A stretch of 64,000 bases of DNA from the NCBI GenBank assembly GCA_000146465.1, contig CP001947.1, one strand, 5' to 3'. Of this stretch, positions 39,086 to 48,274 are shown piece after piece (within the stretch, counting starts at the first letter, position 1; each line of letters opens with the position of its first letter). The notes under the pieces were generated by a model. That model made no database searches. It had not been told where the DNA came from and was given only the letters and a program-made list of their open reading frames with translations. A program made the translations under genes and the position numbers.

Positions 39086-40423
39086 TCATCTTTCTTGAGA
39101 GGCATCTGGGCTTCTTGCATCTTTAAGAAGCCTAAATAGATAACTTATCATCTCTTCTCTCTTGACAATCTCTTTCTTCTTTGTTGCTGTTTCAAACACT
39201 TGCACAGAGTTGGCCAGCATTTCGGATTCTCCTATCACAACAATAAACGGGATCTTCTTTCCCATAGCATACTTCTGCTGGCTTTCAAATGACGATCTTC
39301 TAGTGTAGAAAGTTTCGGAGGGGATTCCTGCATCCAGAAGAACCTTAAGAGTTGCAAGTCTTTCATCAAGAAACAAGCCCCCAGAAGCCCCGACATAAAC
39401 CATTGTAGACGATTCCTTGGTGTATTCTTCATTCAGTAAAGAGAATATTCTGGAAACTCCTACAGAAAATCCAACACATGGAATAGTTGCACATCTCTCT
39501 CCTAGATTTTCTGTGAGGTTGTCGTATCTTCCTCCCCCAATCACAGATCCCACTGCTTTCCCCAGATACTCTGCTTCGAGGATCATCCCGGTATAGTAGT
39601 CCAGTCCTCTTGCTAAGGAGACATCCATTACCAGGCTCCTGCTGCATCCAAGAATCCTACAGAGTCTAAACAGCTCCTCCATGTCATGAATGGCTGCTTT
39701 ACATCTTTCTATCTTGTACACTGCATCCTCCTTCAGAAGCCCCAATATATCTTCTTTCCCTACCAATTCTATGTATTTCTTGATAGTTTTTACTTGGTCT
39801 TCATTCAATCCTTTTTGAATAAACTCTCTTTCGATGTCTTCCCATTTCATCTTCTCAATCTTGTCAATGGTCGAGCAGATCGTCCCGTAGCTCTCGTAAC
39901 CAACTCCAGCCACCTCTAGAATAGAGGTGAGGATCCTCCTGTCGTTTATCTTTATTCGGAACTCCCCAATTCCAAATTCCCTTAATATCCTATCCACACA
40001 ACTAACCACCTCTGCATCAGCCATCATTTGGACACATTCCCCAGCAATGTCGAAGTCCGCCTGCACAAACTCCCGGAGCCTTCCTCGGACTATCGAGGGC
40101 TGATCTCTTCTGTACACCCTTCCTATCTGATACCTCTTCATCCTCCTTATCCTGTTGGACGCCAAGTATCTTGCAAAAGGAACAGTAAGATCATATCTTA
40201 ATGCACAGATCTCTCCCCCTTGATCCTTCAAGTCATATATAAGCTTGGTGTCCTCTCCATACTTGTTGGTCAGAATGCTCTTCATCTCAAACGTTGGCGT
40301 TGAGATCGGAACAGCCCCATAGAGCACAAAAACCGTCCTGATCTTCTCTATAATTTCCTCGTACAAAAAACATTGTCTTGGAGGTTCATCAGCTGTACCC
40401 TTCGGAGTCTTCAGACTTATCAT
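39086..40423 (-). CDS. HTS1: histidyl-tRNA synthetase
   Basis: 445 aa with class II motifs and HisRS signatures: KGTADEPP, ALRYDLTVPFARY, YQIGRVYRRDQPSIVRGRLREFVQADFDIAG and GGGRYDNL. Confidence 0.95.
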   Translation of the reverse strand: MISLKTPKGTADEPPRQCFLYEEIIEKIRTVFVLYGAVPISTPTFEMKSILTNKYGEDTKLIYDLKDQGGEICALRYDLTVPFARYLASNRIRRMKRYQIGRVYRRDQPSIVRGRLREFVQADFDIAGECVQMMADAEVVSCVDRILREFGIGEFRIKINDRRILTSILEVAGVGYESYGTICSTIDKIEKMKWEDIEREFIQKGLNEDQVKTIKKYIELVGKEDILGLLKEDAVYKIERCKAAIHDMEELFRLCRILGCSRSLVMDVSLARGLDYYTGMILEAEYLGKAVGSVIGGGRYDNLTENLGERCATIPCVGFSVGVSRIFSLLNEEYTKESSTMVYVGASGGLFLDERLATLKVLLDAGIPSETFYTRRSSFESQQKYAMGKKIPFIVVIGESEMLANSVQVFETATKKKEIVKREEMISYLFRLLKDARSPDASQER

Positions 40424-40510
40424 TCCAGGGGCTTTTGATTTGTTTTACAGGTCTTCCCTGTTTCCCTTGTTTCATGATCTGGTTAAATCTGCTGCGCAAA
40501 CAACATTCAA

Positions 40511-43072
40511 ATGCTTGATAGAGAGCACATTGTTCCTACTCCGATTGTAGAAAATCATCAACCTCTGGATGCTTTGATAGAGGAGTTGGCTCTGCTGAGG
40601 GGAGACAGGCTGTGTAAAAGCCTAGAAAGCATTCTGTGTGTAACTAGGCCTTTTACCCCAGAGCAGATGTGCAGGGTAGACAGGATTGTTTCAAGTCTCC
40701 ACAATGACCATAAAGAAGCCTGGTTTTACCAGAGGATATTTGAACTGGCTTTAAAGATGTATGGCTTTGGAAACGACTGGAGAAACCGGCTTCGAATTTG
40801 CAAACTCCATGAAAAACACAAGTTTAGAATTCACAGCAACGTCCACGAGTTTTCGTATACGGGGAGTATAACCGAGATACCTAGGATATGTAAAGGGTTC
40901 ATGGAAAACAGGAAGACCATCTACGACAGAGTAAATGTTCTTGGGTACTGTGTACTCGAGATCTCTGGGATGAATGATGGGGAGGAGTATGAGGGGGAGG
41001 ATGACATCTTCTATCTTATAGAGTATGTCTATAGAAGGGACTTGAAGACACTTCTGAGGTGGGCAAAGAATGTCCGAGTGATGAATGACTGGTCACTGCT
41101 GTACCTGGCAAACTATCCAGATTTCTTATACACAGAACTGAAGTATCTGAGCAACCCGATGATAATTAAGGAAATCATATTACAGCAGAAATCACACAGG
41201 CTTTTTGACTTTCTTTTCATTAAGATTTCGATGTTGTTTCCAAGGGAAGAGATGGCCAACCTGTTGGCCAATAGCTACGACAAGTCCGGAGTGGAATACA
41301 CAACCCGTATATTCTGGAAACTGTTTGAAGATAATGAAGAGAATGGGGAAAAGATTCTCAAGAAGTTCATCAGAAACAGAAAAGCAAAGGAGTTTGGAGG
41401 CATGTTTTATGAAATGTGTACAAGGATCGATGGAGATTATGCCGAGGCTATTGGTGTGTGCATTGAAAAGGTGCACCTGATCAAGGATAAGTGTCTTGAA
41501 GACCTTATGAATTCTCACTACTGGGCGCACGTCACCCACAGGTACGAGGACTTTTCTGTGCTCACAAGGCTTTTGATAGAGAGAGGCCTTCTGCCCAAGA
41601 AGGAATTCGACTTTCTTCAGGGCCACATGGATGCTACCCTTGAGAATCTTCGGAAAATCTTGTTTTTAGTCCAAGAGGCGCCTTCCAGACGAGAGGACGT
41701 GAGAAATGCCGTGATTGAGATTATTAAGAGAATGTTCAGGAAAAGGATGAAATGCGAGAAATGCAGGGAAAAGAAAATAGAAAAGACCTTAAAGCTGTGT
41801 CCTGTTGGGTCTCTTATTCAAAAGGGATCTGAAAGAGGGGAAGAGGACGGGTTACTGGTTATGTACGAGATACTGGAGGCTCTTCGAGATCTAGACATCC
41901 CAAAAAGGACACTCCAGATGCTTTCTCTAATGAATCCCGATCTTTTCTGCAAGATTGTTACCAACGATACTAAATACGACTGCTTTTTCATCAAGTGCCT
42001 GAATATCATCCTGAAAGATCTTGAAGGGAGGTTCCGATGGGTTGTAAGCGACATTGTAAAAATGAAAATATTTGATTCCGATGGTTACTGGGAGCAGAGT
42101 GTCAGAAAATCCTTGAAGCTTGGGAGCTTGTGGAAGGCAATGGCTTCGCATGGAGTGTTGTGGGAGAAAGACCAACCCGGGATTTTGGCCCTGAAGAAGA
42201 ACGGACTCTATTCTCTCAAGAACATTGTAATCCACTCGGACTCGAGCTTCTTTGCCGAAAATGAATGTTCTTCGGAGGTGATTGAAAAGAAGGGATGGTC
42301 CTTTTTGGAGGACAAGAGGAATCTTGGATATATGAAAATGCTTGACGATAAGACAAAGCTGAGATATCTTATTAAAGAACTAGAAGGGAGAAGAGATCCC
42401 GAAAGCTTAAAAGTGGTGAAGGAGTTACTTGTATCCTCCTCCCGAGTTACGGATGGAATGGTGTTCAAGAATTCGTCTATTGTGTTCAAGGTGGCTAAAG
42501 TCTTTACATTGTATCTCTCTTTTGGGCAATATGAAGAGATAGGTGAGCAGGCGTTTGTTGAACTGGAGGGAGAGAGAGACAACCTGAAGATTGGACGAAC
42601 AAATGGAAAGCTGTTTATGAAGAAACTGAGGGAGGGAAAGGAAGAACATGTTCTTTTGGGGGAAGATGACAAGCCAAAAATGAAGGAGACTTTCAGCTTC
42701 TGGTACAAATCCTCGAAGCTCTCGTTTTGCCTGAATGGGAAGATGTACACCTCCGAAATTAGGAATGTGGATGTAATAAGAATAGGAGGAGGGCTTCGAG
42801 GAATAATAGAAAAGATATTTCTGTGCGAGTCGCATCTTCCTAAAAAGTACACTCTTGGAAGTTCTCGCCAGTCGTCTTTGTATATTAGGGAGCTGTCCAA
42901 GATAGAGAAGTTTCTGGCATATAAGAACATAAGTGGAGTATACATGGACAGCACTACGCCGTACTTCATGAACAGGAGACTCGACGTCAAGGTAAACAAT
43001 GTGATAGACAACAAAAATGTTTATTGGATGTGCCATAGAAAAGTCTTGAGTCTATTGAAAGAAAGGCTGTAA
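40511..43072 (+). CDS. large hypothetical protein (853 aa)
   Basis: Uninterrupted ATG ORF with normal composition. No domain recognised by eye. Confidence 0.6.
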   Translation: MLDREHIVPTPIVENHQPLDALIEELALLRGDRLCKSLESILCVTRPFTPEQMCRVDRIVSSLHNDHKEAWFYQRIFELALKMYGFGNDWRNRLRICKLHEKHKFRIHSNVHEFSYTGSITEIPRICKGFMENRKTIYDRVNVLGYCVLEISGMNDGEEYEGEDDIFYLIEYVYRRDLKTLLRWAKNVRVMNDWSLLYLANYPDFLYTELKYLSNPMIIKEIILQQKSHRLFDFLFIKISMLFPREEMANLLANSYDKSGVEYTTRIFWKLFEDNEENGEKILKKFIRNRKAKEFGGMFYEMCTRIDGDYAEAIGVCIEKVHLIKDKCLEDLMNSHYWAHVTHRYEDFSVLTRLLIERGLLPKKEFDFLQGHMDATLENLRKILFLVQEAPSRREDVRNAVIEIIKRMFRKRMKCEKCREKKIEKTLKLCPVGSLIQKGSERGEEDGLLVMYEILEALRDLDIPKRTLQMLSLMNPDLFCKIVTNDTKYDCFFIKCLNIILKDLEGRFRWVVSDIVKMKIFDSDGYWEQSVRKSLKLGSLWKAMASHGVLWEKDQPGILALKKNGLYSLKNIVIHSDSSFFAENECSSEVIEKKGWSFLEDKRNLGYMKMLDDKTKLRYLIKELEGRRDPESLKVVKELLVSSSRVTDGMVFKNSSIVFKVAKVFTLYLSFGQYEEIGEQAFVELEGERDNLKIGRTNGKLFMKKLREGKEEHVLLGEDDKPKMKETFSFWYKSSKLSFCLNGKMYTSEIRNVDVIRIGGGLRGIIEKIFLCESHLPKKYTLGSSRQSSLYIRELSKIEKFLAYKNISGVYMDSTTPYFMNRRLDVKVNNVIDNKNVYWMCHRKVLSLLKERL

Positions 43073-43301
43073 ATGGATGGGGCCAGAGGATAGGCTTGAA
43101 TACCCCTTTTCTGAAGGGACCTGAGATTTGAAGAGAGCTGACCAGTGAGGTTTTAGAGGGATTCTAGGATAGGCAGAAAAAAAACAGCCAATTACTCCAA
43201 GAAAAGATTAAGGAGATCTGCAATATACTTGGGCATAGAAAAGAAGATGGAGTCAATAACGAGGTGTGTTTCTATTGGCATAGAAAATTATAAATAATCA
43301 G

Positions 43302-43601
43302 ATGAATTCAAGATCAATGAAGCTTTCTAGTGTGATGTTTCTAGCTCTGTCTTCTCTTGTCTCTGCTGGCTGGTGGGGATCGTCTTCTACAACCGAAGGA
43401 GGTGACAGCAATAGCTCACAGTTATTTGGAATGGGAAGTCAAGGGGAGGGGGGAAATCCCAGTACAGATGGAAAGAGTAACCTGGTTGAGGAGTCGGAAG
43501 GACATAACGACGAAGGTAACGAAGGAGGAGAAGGATCCAAGAACAACCCTGGAAAGAACGAAAACTCATCAGGCTTCTGGGAGAGCAAAACACAAGACTA
43601 A
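43302..43601 (+). CDS. small secreted G/S/N/E-rich protein (99 aa)
   Basis: Signal peptide MKLSSVMFLALSSLVSAG followed by acidic low-complexity sequence (GGDSNSS..GEGGNPSTDG..NDEGNEGGEGSKNNPGKNENSSG). Confidence 0.45.
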   Translation: MNSRSMKLSSVMFLALSSLVSAGWWGSSSTTEGGDSNSSQLFGMGSQGEGGNPSTDGKSNLVEESEGHNDEGNEGGEGSKNNPGKNENSSGFWESKTQD

Positions 43602-43721
43602 GTCCCTGTGGCAGACATTTCTTGCTCTTGAACATCCTCAAGTGAAGAAACAATAAAGCTGTTGTATTTTTGTCATATTATTTATCTGGGATATTTTTAG
43701 GTAAAACATATAAGGTACCCC

Positions 43722-44278
43722 ATGAAGTTTTCTCGGATAGTTATGATGGGGCCGCCAGGATGTGGAAAGGGAACCCAGTCTAAGCTTATATCTGAAAGAT
43801 ATGGAATTCCCCACGTGAGCTCTGGAGACATTATACGGGAAGAGATGATGAAGAGTAAGTTAGGGTAGTAATTTTAGACACCAAGGAAGCAGAAATAGTT
43901 AGAGAGATTGTTAACTCAGGAGGATTGGCTCCTAACGAAGTTGTGAATAAACTGGTGCTGAAGAAGATTCGAAGCATGGATAGGTATATTCTCGATGGAT
44001 ACCCCAGAAGAACCGACCAGGCAGAAATGCTGGGAGACAGTGTTGACCTAGTGATATTTATTGATGTGGACAAGGATACATGCATTCATAGGATCTGCAA
44101 GCGAAATCATGGAAGGGATGATGATGAGGAGGAGGTTGGAAGAAAGAGATATGACGTCTACACGAAGGAAACAATGCCTATACTTGAGCTGTATAAGAGC
44201 TATGGAAAGATAGTAAGGGTGGATGGGAATGGTTCTCCCGAGACCATATTTTCTAAGATCTGCGGAATTATTGAATGA
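43722..44278 (+). CDS. adenylate kinase / UMP-CMP kinase family protein, two exons (43722..43854 and 43878..44278)
   Basis: Exon 1 carries the P-loop [10 protein letters not shown] and SSGDIIRE. Exon 2 carries [17 protein letters not shown] and the short [23 protein letters not shown]. The two frames join only after removing a 23-nt GT..AG intron. Confidence 0.85.
43855..43877 (+). other. 23-nt spliceosomal intron
   Basis: The intron sequence is GTAAGTTAGGGTAGTAATTTTAG. It has a canonical GTAAGT 5' site, a UAAU branch-like element 4 nt before the 3' AG, and a length of 2 mod 3, which restores the kinase frame. Confidence 0.8.
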
Positions 44279-44400
44279 TATATGCGATTAAATGGCATTT
44301 GGTGTGTCTTTGAATAGTTGTTGTGTCTTGAAGGTTGAGTGAAGAACTCCTTAAAAAAAGGAGCAAATAAAAGCAAAAACAAGCCCTGAAGAGAGAGGGG

Positions 44401-46638
44401 ATGAAGAAGAGGGGATGTTCGGAAGTCTCTTCCTTTGAAAGACACATGGACACAGTTCTTTCTGTCCCGGATATCCTAGGAAGAAAGGAAGTCTTGAGGC
44501 CTGTAGTGTTCTCGCACAGGGACGACTCTGAAGATGGGTTGGAAGCAATGAATGACAGAGAAGTGTTTATGGCAGCTCTGAGACGAAGGATGAACCTTCT
44601 ACTTGGTCCCAGAGTGGTTGAAAAAGCAGATTTGGATATTTACAGAGATGATAATGTCTGGATGAATGAGATTAGAATGAGCTCGGAAGAAAGGAAGGAA
44701 GAACTCTGTGGGGAAAAGAGAGTAGCTTTTGTTTCTGTGGACCCGGACCTTTATGGGATTGTTGCAAACGAAATTCCTGGGTCAGGAACGAAGGACGATA
44801 GCTTTTTGTATGTTAGAAGAAGAATAGTGGGTCTTGAGAGCCGGGTGGAGTTTTTGTTTAGAAGAAGCTGGGGGATAATGGAGAGTAAAAAGGTATTATC
44901 GCTTGCTTCGCTCGATAGCTTAGTGAGGAAGGATGGATTTCAAGGTATTGTGATGGTGGATGGAAAGTCAGTGGTTTTGAGCAAGGCTGTAGAAGAGGTG
45001 AACATTGGACTTCGAAACAGGAATGCAGGGATTATGGAAAACAATATCCGGGGCACTTTTACTATCCGAGTAGACGGACTGGATGGGTCGGGAGAGAAGC
45101 TCCAGAGTGTGAAGCTGGTATGTGGATATAGAGAAAGTGACTTCCAAGTTCGATTTGGATACCATAAGATGTATAAGGTAATGCCTATGGAGAGACTGAT
45201 GAACTACTATCTGGACAACAAATGCATTCCTCTTGGAAAACTTCTCGAAGAGCTTGTCTGCATCTCGCAACCTGGGAGTCTAAGAGACAATTGTTTAAGA
45301 TTCATAGAGTTGAAGGCCAGCTTGTTTTTTGGAGAAGCCGAGATATCTCCTTATGATGTTGGGAGCTCACTCTTGTTTTTTCTTTGGATGTTTGGAGGAA
45401 GTCGATTGTCGTTGATAACAAACAAGATCATAGAGTACATCGAGTATGTACTTAGTGAGCTAGACATCTGCCGAAGCTCTACCAAGGACTTTTTGTTCCT
45501 TCATGAGACATGTATCTTCATAAATAAGATCATTCTACTGGAAAGACAGGCAGGAGAGATTGGAAGCCATAGAAAGCCAAGTATTGGGGATATGAAGAAA
45601 GATATGCAGGTTGGAGTTGGGCCATCGGATTGGTACGAATGGGACGATTTTTGCCCAAAAGAGTCATGCACTGCCCTTGCCTATTACAAGGCAGCAGATT
45701 TCTCAGAAAACCTTGTACTCAGGCTAAGAAGAATAGGCCACCAAGAGAAGATGCATGAAGAAGATGCCAAGCCCATTGTCAAAAGCACAATTGAGGATCT
45801 TCTTCTTGAAAGCCTTAGGATCTCAAAAGCCGAGTGTATTAGAAGCCGATCTCCGGGACTAAGAAAGCTTTTTGGGGTGTATCGAAGAATGAATAAGATT
45901 TCTCAGAAAGGCCTTGCTAGATTTGTGGATAGGGACAAGACAAGTAATCTCATTATCTCTATTCTTGAAGAGAATACTGTGTTTGACTGTGAGACTCTCC
46001 TCCTGTGTACCATTTTGAAGGATATTTCACAGATTGTTCCAGTAAGAGTGTCTGTTCTCGATAAGGCACTAGTTAAATGCATAAGTGAGGTTGTGGAAAT
46101 GTTTGGAAAAAGGTTGAGGCGGCTTCTTCGAAAGGGCGAAGAAGATGTTGAAAATGCATTTGAACCAATAAGACTGTTCTTTAAAAGACTTCGGTATCTG
46201 AACTCGACTATACACGAGGAGATATTCAAGAGCGACCTGCATCATGCCATAGAAGAGGAGTGCTTCTACCGACTCCGAAAGATATCTCGAGATGTCAGGG
46301 GAGGGCTTAGACAGCTGGAACTCTGCAGGAAATTGCATGAGGAGCATCTTCGGATGTTTAACTCAATGAATCGAGAGATCGAGCTTGGATACTGTCTGGA
46401 AGAAAAGAAAGCCTTCATGAGGCTTTATGATGTTAGAAAGATAAAAAGGATGCTGAGAAATCCAGAGATTCTAGAGAAAGAGATATTAAAGATGATTGGG
46501 GAAGGGACATTTGCAGACGATAATGTACGCAACAGATACAAGCTGTATCTGTACGAGTGCATTAAGGAGAACGCCCGGGTGCTTTCCAAGGATAGATATG
46601 ATGAGACAATGATGTCTGTAAATAAATGCTTCATATGA
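44401..46638 (+). CDS. large hypothetical protein (745 aa)
   Basis: Uninterrupted ATG ORF with a helical-repeat-like C-terminal half. No domain recognised. Confidence 0.6.
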   Translation: MKKRGCSEVSSFERHMDTVLSVPDILGRKEVLRPVVFSHRDDSEDGLEAMNDREVFMAALRRRMNLLLGPRVVEKADLDIYRDDNVWMNEIRMSSEERKEELCGEKRVAFVSVDPDLYGIVANEIPGSGTKDDSFLYVRRRIVGLESRVEFLFRRSWGIMESKKVLSLASLDSLVRKDGFQGIVMVDGKSVVLSKAVEEVNIGLRNRNAGIMENNIRGTFTIRVDGLDGSGEKLQSVKLVCGYRESDFQVRFGYHKMYKVMPMERLMNYYLDNKCIPLGKLLEELVCISQPGSLRDNCLRFIELKASLFFGEAEISPYDVGSSLLFFLWMFGGSRLSLITNKIIEYIEYVLSELDICRSSTKDFLFLHETCIFINKIILLERQAGEIGSHRKPSIGDMKKDMQVGVGPSDWYEWDDFCPKESCTALAYYKAADFSENLVLRLRRIGHQEKMHEEDAKPIVKSTIEDLLLESLRISKAECIRSRSPGLRKLFGVYRRMNKISQKGLARFVDRDKTSNLIISILEENTVFDCETLLLCTILKDISQIVPVRVSVLDKALVKCISEVVEMFGKRLRRLLRKGEEDVENAFEPIRLFFKRLRYLNSTIHEEIFKSDLHHAIEEECFYRLRKISRDVRGGLRQLELCRKLHEEHLRMFNSMNREIELGYCLEEKKAFMRLYDVRKIKRMLRNPEILEKEILKMIGEGTFADDNVRNRYKLYLYECIKENARVLSKDRYDETMMSVNKCFI

Positions 46639-46763
46639 TTTGATTTCCATATTGTGTATATCTAGAATTGGTGCAAAGACTTGGTTGGCTCGGAAGAGGA
46701 AACCAATAAAGGGCTAAGGAAAAGAAAAAAGGGAAGATTTCGGGATTTTATTTGTTACATGGA

Positions 46764-47624
46764 ATGAAAAGGAGAAGCAGATGTTTATATAGAGATAGGA
46801 TAGGATGGAAACCGATGGAGGATAAGGATACAAAGAGAAAAAAGAAGAACATCATAATAATCAATGATAAGGGAGAAATGTTGAGTGTGGCAAAGAAAGA
46901 TGATGGAAACATAACAGATGTGGAGAGGCCTGAGGAGATGAATACGAAGGCAGAGAGTGTTCGAGAAGAAGAGAAATCCCAAGAAAAGGAACAAAAAGAA
47001 CTCTCGGAAGTAAAGGACACTAAAGACACTTCCGATATGTCCAAGGACCGTCTGGAGCACTCTGAAGAGAAGACACCGGAAGAAGAAAGTAAGAAGGAAA
47101 CGAAGGAGGAAGAATCCAAAGAGAAGGAAGAAAGCCAGAAGGAAGAGGTATCAACACCCTCGAATTCCAAGGAGCCCAAAGACAACGAGAAGGCGGAAGA
47201 TGCACCCACACCCTCTGAGAAGGGCGATACTTTTGTTCCTCCTATACTCAAGACACTTTCCGAGAACTCCAACAAGGAGATATTTGAGGAGAGAGACAAA
47301 GGTAGCATAGTGGCCGAGGGATGGATTTGGAAGAAGAGGAGGATCTTCAGCTGTTTCTGGCATCAGAAGTATTTTGTTCTCACAAAGGACGGGGTTCTGA
47401 AGTACTACAAGGCCGATGGAAGAAGGAAGGCAAAGGGGAACTGGAACATTAAGGAAGCAGACGATCTCAGAGAATACAATCTTCCCAGCGAAGAGAACAA
47501 GCATCCTTGCAGAGTAATGGTGGTCTTCCCCGACAGCTCCCTTCTTCTGGCATTCGACGAAAGAAACACTAAGGACTACTGGGTGGAAAGGCTTAATGAG
47601 ATCATTAAGAAGTCGAAGAAGTAA
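46764..47624 (+). CDS. PH-domain protein with K/E/S-rich N-terminal region
   Basis: C-terminal PH domain GWIWKKRRIFSCFWHQKYFVLTKDGVLKYYK...DYWVERLNEIIKK. First ATG at 46764 (track start is TTG). A downstream ATG at 46815 is also possible. Confidence 0.7.
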   Translation: MKRRSRCLYRDRIGWKPMEDKDTKRKKKNIIIINDKGEMLSVAKKDDGNITDVERPEEMNTKAESVREEEKSQEKEQKELSEVKDTKDTSDMSKDRLEHSEEKTPEEESKKETKEEESKEKEESQKEEVSTPSNSKEPKDNEKAEDAPTPSEKGDTFVPPILKTLSENSNKEIFEERDKGSIVAEGWIWKKRRIFSCFWHQKYFVLTKDGVLKYYKADGRRKAKGNWNIKEADDLREYNLPSEENKHPCRVMVVFPDSSLLLAFDERNTKDYWVERLNEIIKKSKK

Positions 47625-47678
47625 AAAACCAATCTTCTGGGAATAAACATTGATTTTTATTAACAAAATCTATGAGGC

Positions 47679-48194
47679 TCAGTTCTTCTTTGTGATGACT
47701 GCCTCCATTACTTTGAAAAAAAAGGTCTTTACCTGGCACTCGTCGAATGTTATCTCTTCGCTGAGGAAGTCTGGAAGATCCACGTTTCTAGACTCAATAA
47801 GCTTGTAGACATAAGAATTCTCCTCGGGTGTCAACACAAATCTAATGAATTTTGTAACATTGTTCGACACAATCTCGTGGGTTACCTCATAGCTTCCATC
47901 ATTCTCGACTATGTCAAACCCAACAAACTTCTTGTACAACAGTGCATCCGTCTTCAAAGACCTTAGATACTCATTCTCCTTCTTATAGCTCTCTATCAAA
48001 TCCTCTTCCTTCATCTTCATTTCAATGAGGATCTGTTTGTATCTAGATGCAGAATCAAGATCTCTCCTCTCCTCTGCACATACTGCCTTCTGGGGCCTGT
48101 TCTCTTTGGAATCAGAGGCTTCGACATCCTTTGTGGGTGTCTTTGTCCCCTTTCTTGGCGTCTTAAACGTTATTCTCTTCCTAGGTGTCTTCAT
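47679..48194 (-). CDS. Csm1/Pcs1 (monopolin)-like protein
   Basis: 171 aa with a basic N-terminus and a coiled coil. The C-terminal globular part FIRFVLTPEENSYVYKLIESRNVDLPDFLSEEITFDECQVKTFFFKVMEAVI is collinear with the yeast Csm1 segment YKLGFV...VIYAPVL...LPEYLFETLSFPLSSLNQFYNKIAKSL as I recall it. Confidence 0.45.
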   Translation of the reverse strand: MKTPRKRITFKTPRKGTKTPTKDVEASDSKENRPQKAVCAEERRDLDSASRYKQILIEMKMKEEDLIESYKKENEYLRSLKTDALLYKKFVGFDIVENDGSYEVTHEIVSNNVTKFIRFVLTPEENSYVYKLIESRNVDLPDFLSEEITFDECQVKTFFFKVMEAVITKKN

Positions 48195-48274
48195 TTGTAT
48201 TTCCTATTCGGGGATCCCCTTGATAATTTTTTACAGATCCTGAAGACATCCCAATAGACATATTCTAAGGTATT

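Noticed and set aside
42208-43036. 268-aa and 203-aa minus-strand ORFs inside the 853-aa plus-strand gene
   Set aside because: Both are wholly nested antisense to a longer uninterrupted ORF. Their composition is S/L/F-biased and they have no recognisable motifs. There is no room for a promoter or terminator.
46748-47308. 186-aa minus-strand ORF antisense to the PH-domain gene
   Set aside because: It is the serine/phenylalanine-rich mirror image of the K/E-rich N-terminal region of the plus-strand gene. GAA/AAG repeats read as TTC/CTT and carry no stops, so the ORF is an artefact.
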